From Abditibacteriaceae bacterium (GTDB taxonomy: Bacteria; Armatimonadota; Abditibacteriia; Abditibacteriales; Abditibacteriaceae), in contig JANPJS010000288.1 of assembly GCA_031425655.1 (NCBI GenBank), positions 1 to 15,934 of the forward strand: a stretch of DNA of 15,934 nucleotides, written 5' to 3'. Within the stretch, counting starts at the first letter, position 1. The number at the start of each line of letters is the position of its first letter. The position numbers and the translations under genes are program-made. Positions 7,463-15,927 of the stretch are shown piece by piece. The notes beneath the pieces are model-generated. The model did no database searches. It had not been told where the DNA came from and was given only the letters and a program-made list of their open reading frames with translations.

Positions 7463-8673
7463 TAGCATCGTTGTGCGTGCTGCTCAGTGCCGGGCTTGTA
7501 TTCTGGAATCGCGCGGCGTTGCCGATTAACACCCCTGTGTTTTCACCCGGCGCAGCGATTCAGGGCACGCCCAATCAGGGCACGCCCGACAATGCGCCGA
7601 GTGCTTTAGCGAAATGGCCGTGGCCTTTATCTGAAACCGACGCGCCGCATCGCGGCGTGACGCATTGGCACGATTATTCATCGCCGGACGGCACCCTGCT
7701 CGACCTTTTCGAGTTCGACTTTGCCGCCAATCCGCGCTTACGATTAGAACTTTTCGACCAGGATCAGCACGACGCCACGCCCGGCGACAACCGCGTGGAT
7801 TTCTGGGCGTTGGGCGTTGGTCATTTCGCGCGCAAGTTCGAGAACCGCGACTTCGGCGCGACAGATGGGCGCATGGTCGCAGCGTGGAACGGGCCGTTCT
7901 TCGGCTACGACCGCAAAAGTGATAATCGTCTTGCTTTTCACGTTTCGCCCGTCGTTTTAAAGGGCAAAGTGCTTTATAACACTATGAATCATCGCTGGGC
8001 CTTCGGCGTGAAATACCAGAACGGCAAGCCGATTTTCAAGGTGTTTCATCGGCCCAGCCGCGCCGTTTTGCAGCGCGAATTCGATTGGGCATCGGGCAGC
8101 CTACAGTGCTTGATCAAAGACGGGAAGCCGCTAAAATTGCAGCCGTTTCCCCAGCCCGGCGCAACGCCGATTCCTCAGCCTGTGGCTTCAAAACCCGACG
8201 AAGCCGGCCATATTCCCGATTTCGACCACATGAAATCGTGCCGCATTTCGATGGCATGGTCGCGCGATAATGCCCGCTTTTACTTGCTTTCAGTTAAAGA
8301 ACCCGACACCGAAGCCGGCAGCATCGCAGCGCTGCGGGCCGTGCAAAATATGGGCGGAGGCTGGATGCTCAGCGATGTGCAGAGTTTTTGGCTGGCGCTG
8401 GGCAAAAGCAAGGAAATCTGGGGCGCCGTCAACAGCGACGCGGGCGATGCCTTGCAAGTGCTGTGGCATCGTCCCGACGGCAATTACAACCTGCTGCCGG
8501 AGCGCATGGCCTCGCCCGCCATGCGCTTGAAACTGCCCGCGAATTTGCAGCCCGCGCCCGCCGGCGGCACGCTCATGTATTGGTTTGTGCGCGAAGCATC
8601 GCAGCCGAATTTACAACCCAAACAACCCGTGGAACTGCGGTTGAAACCCGTTCTGTTCGATGATTTATCATGA
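7432..8673 (+). CDS. Exported/membrane-anchored protein, divergent phosphodiester glycosidase (NAGPA/DUF2233)-like
   Basis: 413-aa ORF with a hydrophobic N-terminal segment (YLFLASLCVLLSAGLVFW) and a Pro-rich linker. AAWNGPFF, SCRISMAW and AVNSDAG resemble, in the right order, the family motifs AAINGGFF, HPRTAIG and ALNLDGGGS. The start codon and the family call are inferred. Confidence 0.6.
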   Translation: MSSSSSRYLFLASLCVLLSAGLVFWNRAALPINTPVFSPGAAIQGTPNQGTPDNAPSALAKWPWPLSETDAPHRGVTHWHDYSSPDGTLLDLFEFDFAANPRLRLELFDQDQHDATPGDNRVDFWALGVGHFARKFENRDFGATDGRMVAAWNGPFFGYDRKSDNRLAFHVSPVVLKGKVLYNTMNHRWAFGVKYQNGKPIFKVFHRPSRAVLQREFDWASGSLQCLIKDGKPLKLQPFPQPGATPIPQPVASKPDEAGHIPDFDHMKSCRISMAWSRDNARFYLLSVKEPDTEAGSIAALRAVQNMGGGWMLSDVQSFWLALGKSKEIWGAVNSDAGDALQVLWHRPDGNYNLLPERMASPAMRLKLPANLQPAPAGGTLMYWFVREASQPNLQPKQPVELRLKPVLFDDLS

Positions 8674-10808
8674 AAAATTTCTGCCTCACCATCGCACTTT
8701 TCATTTCGTTTACCGTAGAAGCAGCCAATGCTTCGCCGCGCCTGCCCGCGACCGTAACCTGGATCGGCAACTCCTATCCCGGCGGCGACGGCAAGCACGT
8801 CCCGCAGGATATTGACGCGCTGTGCGTCACGCCCGATGGCCGCGTGTTTTCCAACACGTTCTGGGAAGAAGCCGGCGGCAACGTGACCGAATTCAAAGAC
8901 GGCAAAGTCATTGGCAACGCCGGACACACGCACGGCTGGGGCAACACCGGCGGACGCGCCATCGCCTGCAACAGCAAATATCTGTTTATCGGCTGCCGTA
9001 TGCAAAACGAAGGCGGCGGCTTAAACGACATTTCGACATGGCCGCCCAAAGGCAAGCAATGGCTCGGCATTTCGCGCCGCCCGCTCAGCGACATTAAAAG
9101 AGCGGCACCTTTCGAGGGCGCGAAAGGCGGCAAAGGCGACACGCTGAAAGGCGCCTTTTTAGTCGTCGCCGAAGTGGACGACAACAACAAAGTCGAAGAC
9201 TTGCCCGGCATCGCCGCCGACGAAAAGCGCCTTTACGTTTCGTGCCCGTCCGACAACACCATCAAAATCTACGACGCCGAAACGATGGCGCGCGTGGACG
9301 AATGGAAAATCGAGCGCCCCGGCCCGATTGCGTTGGCCAAAGACGGGACGCTTTGGATATTACAGGGAATAAAGGGCCTGCAATCAATGCGATTGGCCCA
9401 TCTGAGTTCTGATGGGCCAGTAATACAGGAACACTATGACTTTGGCCCCTCCGACAAGCCGGCAAGCATAACTATTTCGTCCGATGGTCATCCGTTGGTC
9501 TCTGATCAAAGCGCGGTTCAATATATCCGAGTGTTTCTCTTGAATAACAAAAAGGTCGTTTTGCCTATCGGCACACGGGGCGGAATCTTTGCGGTGCCCG
9601 CTGGCAAATTCGGCGATTTGCGCTTTAATAATCCTTCTGCTGTTGCCTGCGATGCTGCTGGTAACATTTATGTCGCATCGCGCGGCGCGTCGGGCGGCGG
9701 CAGCACCGTTCTCGAAAGTTACGACGCGCAAAACAAGATACGATGGCGCCTTTTCGGTCTCAACTTCGTAGACATGGCCGACGTTGACCCCGCCGACGAC
9801 ACGCAAATTTTCACGAAGGAAGAACGATTTTCTTACGACTACGCCAAATCCGGCGCGGCGGCGTGGAATTATGCGGCTTACACACTCAATCCCTTTCGCT
9901 TCCCCGACGACCCGCGCCTGAAACTCTGGTCGGCAGGCGCGTGGATTCGGCGCATCGGCGGGCAAAAGTTTCTTTTCGTCAACGACATGAACGCCGAATG
10001 GCAACAGATTTATCGCTTTGACGGCGAAACCGCCGTGCCACACGCCATCTTCGCTCAAAAGCATATTAATAAAGGGAATTGGCCACCGAATCAGCCTGCC
10101 AAAGGCGAGTGGATTTGGCGCTATAATGGCGGCGGCGCCTTCGGCGCCGATGAATACGATTCGCGCGAAACGGACGCGCCAAGTTCGCAAGGCTGGTGGG
10201 TAGACGATAACGGCGGCGTGTGGCTGGCCACTGAAAAGCAGGGCGTGCGCTATTTTCCCTGCAAAATCGAAAAAGGCACGCCAAGTTGGAGCTATGCCAC
10301 CGTGCAAACTTTCGCGCACGCGGCGGAGTTTTCCGAAGTAAAGCGCGTGCGCTACGACGTGAAAACCGACACGCTATATCTCGGAGGCACGAAGGGCGAC
10401 GATAAGAATCAGCACTGGAAACCGATGGGGCCGGTCATCGCGCGCTACGACGGCTGGCTCAAAGGCGAACGCAAATTGCGCTGGCAAATCACGGCGCCGT
10501 ATCAAAAAGGCTCATCCGGCCACGAATCGTGCGAGCCGATGGGCTTCGACATCGCGGGCGACTACGTTTTCGTGCCTTACACCGGCGCTGGAAAAACACT
10601 CGGCTTCAAAACCGGCCACATCGAAGTCTTCCGCGCTTCGGACGGCGCTTCGGTTGGTCACATGGAGCCGGGCGCGGACATCGGCGAAATCGGTTTGCAG
10701 GACATCCGCGAATGCCTGCGCGCTCATCAGCGCAAAGACGGCGAATACATCGTCTTTCTCGAAGACGATTATAAAGCGAAGATTCTGCTTTATCGTTGGA
10801 AGCCGTAA
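8670..10808 (+). CDS. Secreted NHL-repeat/beta-propeller protein of unknown function
   Basis: 712-aa ORF with an ATGA overlap on the upstream stop (translational coupling). Signal peptide MKNFCLTIALFISFTVEAANA. Propeller-blade motifs 'IDALCVTPDGRVF', 'RPGPIALAKDGTLW' and the NHL-like 'FNNPSAVACDAAGNIYVA'. Confidence 0.75.
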   Translation: MKNFCLTIALFISFTVEAANASPRLPATVTWIGNSYPGGDGKHVPQDIDALCVTPDGRVFSNTFWEEAGGNVTEFKDGKVIGNAGHTHGWGNTGGRAIACNSKYLFIGCRMQNEGGGLNDISTWPPKGKQWLGISRRPLSDIKRAAPFEGAKGGKGDTLKGAFLVVAEVDDNNKVEDLPGIAADEKRLYVSCPSDNTIKIYDAETMARVDEWKIERPGPIALAKDGTLWILQGIKGLQSMRLAHLSSDGPVIQEHYDFGPSDKPASITISSDGHPLVSDQSAVQYIRVFLLNNKKVVLPIGTRGGIFAVPAGKFGDLRFNNPSAVACDAAGNIYVASRGASGGGSTVLESYDAQNKIRWRLFGLNFVDMADVDPADDTQIFTKEERFSYDYAKSGAAAWNYAAYTLNPFRFPDDPRLKLWSAGAWIRRIGGQKFLFVNDMNAEWQQIYRFDGETAVPHAIFAQKHINKGNWPPNQPAKGEWIWRYNGGGAFGADEYDSRETDAPSSQGWWVDDNGGVWLATEKQGVRYFPCKIEKGTPSWSYATVQTFAHAAEFSEVKRVRYDVKTDTLYLGGTKGDDKNQHWKPMGPVIARYDGWLKGERKLRWQITAPYQKGSSGHESCEPMGFDIAGDYVFVPYTGAGKTLGFKTGHIEVFRASDGASVGHMEPGADIGEIGLQDIRECLRAHQRKDGEYIVFLEDDYKAKILLYRWKP

Positions 10809-10820
10809 GCGGTTGGCAGT

Positions 10821-11288
10821 TCAGCCTTCTTTGGCGGGAGTGGTTTTTGGGTCGGCGCGCCAGAAGCGGTAGCGCACTTCGACGCCTTTGGGGACGTAAA
10901 CCACCAGAGGCAGGAGGCTATTGTAGCGCATCAGTTGAGGTTCGCCGCCGATGGTGATGAAGCGTTCGACCTGCGGCGCGTCGGGGTCAACACCAATTAA
11001 AGTGCCGGCCATCGGGCCGAGCTTACGCAAAATGTAGCGGTCGAAGCCCCAGCCCTGAATGGTTTCGGTTTCGAGCTTGCCTCCGAAAAAATAGCGGTTG
11101 GCTGCGTCGGTCTTCACGGTCTTGCCGATGCGGAGTTCGACCTTGAAAGCGTATTCATCGTCCTGCTGCGGCAGATTAATGACGTAGCGCGTTTGGCCTT
11201 CTACAGCGAACGGGAACGCTTTCATGTTGTCGGCCAGCGCGCCGAGCGACAGCGTAGCGAGAAATAGAAACGAAAGCATGATTTTCAT
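10821..11288 (-). CDS. eco: Ecotin family serine protease inhibitor
   Basis: Ecotin motifs KVELRIGK, GGKLETETIQGWGFDRY and RYNSLLPLVVYVPKGVEVRYRFW. The signal peptide MKIMLSFLFLATLSLGALA places the start at ATG 11288 (or 11279), not at the ORF-track start 11378. Confidence 0.92.
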   Translation of the reverse strand: MKIMLSFLFLATLSLGALADNMKAFPFAVEGQTRYVINLPQQDDEYAFKVELRIGKTVKTDAANRYFFGGKLETETIQGWGFDRYILRKLGPMAGTLIGVDPDAPQVERFITIGGEPQLMRYNSLLPLVVYVPKGVEVRYRFWRADPKTTPAKEG

Positions 11289-11298
11289 GGTTATTAAG

Positions 11299-11324
11299 GA
11301 CAAAACGCCGGCGCATCTTGTTCC
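11299..11324 (-). promoter_or_regulatory. Possible ECF sigma-factor promoter (GGAAC-N18-GTC) of ecotin
   Basis: On the minus strand: GGAAC (11324-11320), 18 nt, GTC (11301-11299), then 10 nt to the ATG. It resembles ECF -35 AAC / -10 GTC/GTT promoters. The motif is short. Confidence 0.35.
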
Positions 11325-11426
11325 GCGACATGAGCAGGGCTGATACGTCACCGAAGTCAGTTTGCAAGGCATCCACACGAAAAATCAAAGATTTTCTTGC
11401 CTGTTTTGTGTTCTTTAGGTTGAAAA

Positions 11427-12155
11427 TCACAAATACAACGGCGCCATTTGCCGCCATTCGCGGAAACAGTGCGCGCGGCCTTGCCAGACGTGCAAATTGT
11501 GCGCGATGCCCTTGTTCCACAGCGCATCGCTAAAACCGCGCGCGTTATCGAAAAACGGGTCGGATTCGCCGATGGTGAGCGTGAAATTCACATGGCGCAG
11601 TTGATTTATCACGGCCTCATCGTGCAAATTCGGCAAAAAGTGGCTCGGCGTGTGGAAATAGATGTTTTCGTCGTAATATCCGTCGAATAAATTGCGAAAT
11701 TCTTCGACGGCGAAGGTTAAATCGTAGCGACCGCTAAACGCCACCACGCGGCCAAAACTAAACGGATGGCGCAACGCGATATTCGTGGCGTGCCACGCGC
11801 CCAAGCTGCAACCGTGCGAAATCAGGAACGGATTCGGGTTTATTTGCTGCGAAAGCGGCAAAACTTCGTGCAAAATGTAGTTTTCATACTCGACGTGGCG
11901 CCGTATGCGCTCGGAGGGCGGCTTCCAAAAGCAATACAAACTCTCCGCGTCCAAGCTGTCCACGCAAAACAATTGCAGGCTGCCGTTTTCCAGCGAGGTT
12001 TTCAACAGCGCCACCATGCCGCGATTTTCGTATTCGTAAAAGCGCCCGGCGCGCGTCGGGAAGACCAAAACGCGCGCTCCGGCGTGCCCGAAAACTAAAA
12101 GTTCCATCTCGCGCCCCACATTTGGGCTGTGCCATTTGTGATATTGTCGCTGCAC
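11427..12155 (-). CDS. Alpha/beta-hydrolase fold esterase (putative esterase family)
   Basis: Nucleophile elbow GCSLG, candidate catalytic Asp (GESD) and His (AHCFREW). The segment (V)QRQYHKWHSPNVGREMELLVFGHAG looks like the usual family N-terminus, so GTG 12155 is preferred over ATG 12269, which would leave only 14 nt for the divergent promoters. Confidence 0.85.
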   Translation of the reverse strand: MQRQYHKWHSPNVGREMELLVFGHAGARVLVFPTRAGRFYEYENRGMVALLKTSLENGSLQLFCVDSLDAESLYCFWKPPSERIRRHVEYENYILHEVLPLSQQINPNPFLISHGCSLGAWHATNIALRHPFSFGRVVAFSGRYDLTFAVEEFRNLFDGYYDENIYFHTPSHFLPNLHDEAVINQLRHVNFTLTIGESDPFFDNARGFSDALWNKGIAHNLHVWQGRAHCFREWRQMAPLYL

Positions 12156-12186
12156 GCTTTCTATTGTGCGCGCCCGAAGTAAAGAA

Positions 12187-12198
12187 CGTGTTAACACG
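12187..12198. promoter_or_regulatory. Perfect 12-bp palindrome in the divergent esterase/smc intergenic region (possible operator)
   Basis: CGTGTTAACACG is its own reverse complement. Confidence 0.35.
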
Positions 12199-12283
12199 CG
12201 GCCAGCCAAAAATCCGCGAAACCCGGCGTATTCAATCCCGCTAAACTCTCTTTCAATCGCAGCCTTCATCGGAGCAACACTCG

Positions 12284-15200
12284 ATGCACCTCAAACGCCT
12301 TAATCTGACGGGTTTCAAGACTTTCGCCGACAACACCACTCTCGAATTCGGCGCCGGCATTACGGCCATCGTCGGGCCGAACGGTTCGGGCAAATCGAAC
12401 CTCGTGGACGCCATTTTATGGGCATTGGGCGAACGCTCAAACAAAGCTCTGCGCGGCCACGCTTCCACCGATGTCATTTTCAACGGCTCGGCATCGCGCA
12501 AGCCGACCAACCTCGCCGAAGTCTCGCTGTTTTTCGATAACGAAGACGGCACGCTGCCGCTGGAATATAAAGAAGTGCAAGTCACGCGGCGCATTTTCCG
12601 CGACGGCGACGCCGGCTACGCCATCAACAAAACGAATTGCCGTTTGCGCGATGTCGTGGACTTATTTCTCGATACCGGCGTCGGCCCGGATTCGTATTCG
12701 ATTATCTCGCAAAGCGAAATAGACGCGATTTTGTCGGCCAAGCCCGAAGACCGGCGCGGACTTTTGGAAGGCGCGGCGGGCGTGCAAAAATATCACGCAA
12801 GGCGTCAGGAGACGCGCCGCAAGCTCGACCGCGTAGACACCGATTTGCTGCGCGTTTTCGACATCACAAGTGAACTCGAAAGCCAGGTCGAACCCCTCGC
12901 GCGTCAAGCCGAACTCGCGCGCGAATTTCACAATTACGTCGCGCGTTTGCGCCTTTTGCAGCTCGCGGTTTTAGCGCGCGATTATGAAACTCGTCTCAAG
13001 CGAATGCAGGGCTTGCACGAAGCCAAAGAGCAGAATACGAACGCAGTTCACGAAGGTCAGCGAGGTATCGGCGAACTCGAAGCGAGCGAAGCCGCACTTG
13101 AAGCCAAATTGCGCGCTCTTGAAACGACAGTTGACGCGCTGCAAAGCGAAATGACGGACGTGGTTTCGCGCCTCAAAGCGACCGAAGGCCAAATCGCCGT
13201 CGCGCGCGAACGCCGCCGCGCTTTAAGCGAAACGCAGGAATTTCAAGCGCAGGAAATCGGGCTGCTTCGCGCGCGCATCGTGGCGGCGCAGGAAGGCATG
13301 GCGGGCCAAAAAAACGAACTGGAACAAGCGCTGCGCGATTCGGCTTCATTGTCCGACGACGCCGCGCAAGCCGAAGCCAAACTCGGCGCTGCCAACGCGC
13401 GATTAAGCGAAGCCACCCGCGAATTGCAGGCGCGCCAAGCCAAAGTCATCGAATTGATGCGCGCCGGACAATCGCAGCGCGAATCCGCCGCCGGAGGCCG
13501 CGCGCAAGCCGAAGCCTTGCAAAATCGCCTCAACGATTTGTCGCGCTTGGCCGAAAGTTTGGCGCACGAAGTCGAGCAAATCGCAGCCGCGCAAGAAAAA
13601 GCCAAAGCGGAGCTTGAAGCGGCACGCGAACGGTCGCAATCGCTGCAAAACAGCGTGGCCGACAAGCGTCAAGCGTGGACGGATTCGCAAGCGGCGCAAG
13701 GCAAAATCGGAGAAACGCTGAACGCGGCGCGCGAAAAGCGCAGCGCCTTGAATTCGCGTTTGGGCGCCTTACGCGAACTCGAAGAAAACCTCGAAGGCGT
13801 GCAAGGCGGCGCGCGTTCGGTGCTTTCAGCGGTCAAGCGCGGCCAACTCGAAGACCGCTACACCTTAGTCGCCGACGCCATGCGCGCTCCCAAAGAACTG
13901 GAAACAGCCATCGAAGTCGCGCTCGGCGCCGGCGTCCACAACCTGATTTGCCAACACGACGCCGACGCCAAAACCGCGATTTCGTGGCTGAAGAAAAATC
14001 AAGCGGGCCGCGCCACCTTTTTGCCGCTACCAAACTTGCGTGCAAGCGGCCTTTCCGACCGCACGCGCCAATTGCTGCGCGCTCCCGGCGTGCGCGGCGT
14101 GGCCAGCGAACTGGTGTCGTGCGACCGCGCGCAGCAAACCGCGATTGATTATCTGCTGGGTCGCGTTATCATCGTGGATTCGTTGGATATTGCCGTCGAA
14201 CTGGCGAAAAAGTGCGATGGCGGCGCGCGTTTGGTGACTTTAGACGGCGATTTAGTGCTTCCGGCGGGCGCGATTACCGGCGGACAAGGCAAGCAAAAAG
14301 CATCGGGATTGTTAGCGCGCAAACGCGAATTGGACGAAGGCGAAGCGCAAATTGCTGCTTTGGACGGCGCATTGGAAGTGTTGCAAAGCGCTGTGCGCGA
14401 ATCGCAAAGCGCCGTTCAAAAAGCGCAGGAAACATGGCGCGCGGCACAGGAAGAAGCCAACGAAGCGCGCTCGGCCATTGCGCGCCAGGAGCGCGAAGTC
14501 GAGCATCTCGAACGCGAAGCGCGCCGCGTTTCACATAACGCTAATGCCACGCGACAGCACATTGAAGACGCCAAAAACGCTCTCGCACAAAAGACCGCGC
14601 AGCAAAGCGAAGCCGAACAATCCGCCGCGCACTTTGACACGCAGGCCGCGATGTTAGACGAAGCCGTCGCGCAATCGCAAAGCGTGGTTGGGCTGCGCCA
14701 AAATGAGCGCGAAGAAATTACGAGCAGCGTTTCCGACGTGCGCGCCCGCCATTCGGCAACTCAGGAGCGTTTATCGGCCATGCGCCGCGCGATTGGCGAA
14801 TTGGAGCGGCAGGTGCGCGATTTCGAGGCACAAATCCGCGCCAAACAGGTCGGAATCGAGCGCGCGGCGGGCGAAGACGCACAAATCATCGGAGCCGAAG
14901 CCGAACTGGTGGCGCGATTGACGCAATTCCAGCAGCGCCGCGAGGAATTGGAGAAAGCGTCCGCACAAGCACGCGGCGACCGTCAGGAATCGCTTCAAAA
15001 ATTGGAAACAACCGGCGCCGCGCTGCGCCAAACGCGCGCGAAATTGCACGACGCCGAAGAAGAATTGCACCGCGTCGAAGTGCGAATCGCGCAAACCGAA
15101 GCCGAAATGTCGGAAATGCAGCGCCGCTTTGCCGAAGAGTTTGAAATTTCGCTCGAAGACGCCATGCAGCACCGCGATTCCATCGAACAAAAGCAGCTTG

Positions 15201-15895
15201 CGCTGGACGAAATCGAAGTTCTCAAAGACAAAATTTCGGCTTTAGGCAACGTCAACACCGGCGCGATTGAGCAGCACGAGCAAGTCAAAGAGCGCCTCGA
15301 ATTTCTGCTGACGCAGCGCGCCGATTTAGAGCAATCGAAAGCGCAGCTTGAAGAAATCATCGCCGATATTGACGCCCGCACGCACGACCGTTTCATGGCG
15401 ACTTTCACGGCTGTGCAGCGCGAATTCGACGTGCTGTTCCAGCGCGTTTTCGACGGCGGCAGCACGCAGCTTTCGCTCACCAACCCCGATAATCTGCTCG
15501 AAACCGGCATTGATTTGCGCGTCCAGCCGCCCGGCAAAGGCGCGCAGGATATTTCGCTTTTATCGGGCGGCGAACGCGCTTTAACCGCACTGAGTTTCAT
15601 GCTGGCGTTGCTGCGCGTGCATCCGTCGCCGTTCGTGGTTTTGGACGAAGTGGACGCGCCGCTCGACCAGAGCAACGTCGGGCGTTTTTCCGAATTGCTG
15701 CGCGAATTTACCGATCAAACGCAATTTATCGTCATCACGCACAACAACGGAACCATGCAGGCCGCCGACGTGCTTTACGGCGTGACGATGCAACAACAAG
15801 GCGTTTCGACGCTGATGAGCGTGCGCCTCGTGGACGAATTGGAATCGCAAAACGGACACGCGAAAAACGGCAAAGCGACTTTGGCAGGCGTTTGA
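12284..15895 (+). CDS. smc: Chromosome segregation protein SMC
   Basis: 1203 aa. Walker A GPNGSGKSN, long coiled coils, hinge GRATFLPL and GX6GX3GG (GDLVLPAGAITGG), signature LSGGE, Walker B/D-loop VVLDEVDAPLD, H-loop FIVITH. GGAG at 12271-12274. Confidence 0.98.
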   Translation: MHLKRLNLTGFKTFADNTTLEFGAGITAIVGPNGSGKSNLVDAILWALGERSNKALRGHASTDVIFNGSASRKPTNLAEVSLFFDNEDGTLPLEYKEVQVTRRIFRDGDAGYAINKTNCRLRDVVDLFLDTGVGPDSYSIISQSEIDAILSAKPEDRRGLLEGAAGVQKYHARRQETRRKLDRVDTDLLRVFDITSELESQVEPLARQAELAREFHNYVARLRLLQLAVLARDYETRLKRMQGLHEAKEQNTNAVHEGQRGIGELEASEAALEAKLRALETTVDALQSEMTDVVSRLKATEGQIAVARERRRALSETQEFQAQEIGLLRARIVAAQEGMAGQKNELEQALRDSASLSDDAAQAEAKLGAANARLSEATRELQARQAKVIELMRAGQSQRESAAGGRAQAEALQNRLNDLSRLAESLAHEVEQIAAAQEKAKAELEAARERSQSLQNSVADKRQAWTDSQAAQGKIGETLNAAREKRSALNSRLGALRELEENLEGVQGGARSVLSAVKRGQLEDRYTLVADAMRAPKELETAIEVALGAGVHNLICQHDADAKTAISWLKKNQAGRATFLPLPNLRASGLSDRTRQLLRAPGVRGVASELVSCDRAQQTAIDYLLGRVIIVDSLDIAVELAKKCDGGARLVTLDGDLVLPAGAITGGQGKQKASGLLARKRELDEGEAQIAALDGALEVLQSAVRESQSAVQKAQETWRAAQEEANEARSAIARQEREVEHLEREARRVSHNANATRQHIEDAKNALAQKTAQQSEAEQSAAHFDTQAAMLDEAVAQSQSVVGLRQNEREEITSSVSDVRARHSATQERLSAMRRAIGELERQVRDFEAQIRAKQVGIERAAGEDAQIIGAEAELVARLTQFQQRREELEKASAQARGDRQESLQKLETTGAALRQTRAKLHDAEEELHRVEVRIAQTEAEMSEMQRRFAEEFEISLEDAMQHRDSIEQKQLALDEIEVLKDKISALGNVNTGAIEQHEQVKERLEFLLTQRADLEQSKAQLEEIIADIDARTHDRFMATFTAVQREFDVLFQRVFDGGSTQLSLTNPDNLLETGIDLRVQPPGKGAQDISLLSGGERALTALSFMLALLRVHPSPFVVLDEVDAPLDQSNVGRFSELLREFTDQTQFIVITHNNGTMQAADVLYGVTMQQQGVSTLMSVRLVDELESQNGHAKNGKATLAGV

Positions 15896-15898
15896 ATT

Positions 15899-15927
15899 TC
15901 ACCGCAGAGACGCAGAGGGCGCAGAGA
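15899..15927 (+). repeat. Short CGCAGAG triple repeat right after the smc stop (possible REP-like element, cut by the window edge)
   Basis: TCACCGCAGAGACGCAGAGGGCGCAGAGA: CGCAGAG at 15903, 15911 and 15920. Confidence 0.55.

Noticed and set aside
7560..7587. 13-nt direct repeat TCAGGGCACGCCC, period 15
   Set aside because: An ordinary in-frame micro-duplication (QGTPN/QGTPD) in a Pro-rich linker.
9384..10319. 311-aa antisense ORF within the beta-propeller gene
   Set aside because: It is fully overlapped by a well-supported gene and has no recognisable motifs. Long antisense ORFs are expected at this GC content.
11289..11378. N-terminal extension of ecotin from the ORF track
   Set aside because: It would put 30 Cys-rich residues in front of a clean signal peptide, so the region is better read as promoter.
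12156..12269. N-terminal extension of the esterase from the ORF track
   Set aside because: The family-like N-terminus begins at GTG 12155, and the extension would fill the space needed for the divergent promoters.
12284..15895. SMC-like defence system (Wadjet/JetC, MksB) or SbcC/RecN
   Set aside because: It has a canonical SMC hinge and length and no jetABD/mksEF or sbcD neighbours in the window. Absence of adjacent scpAB is common.
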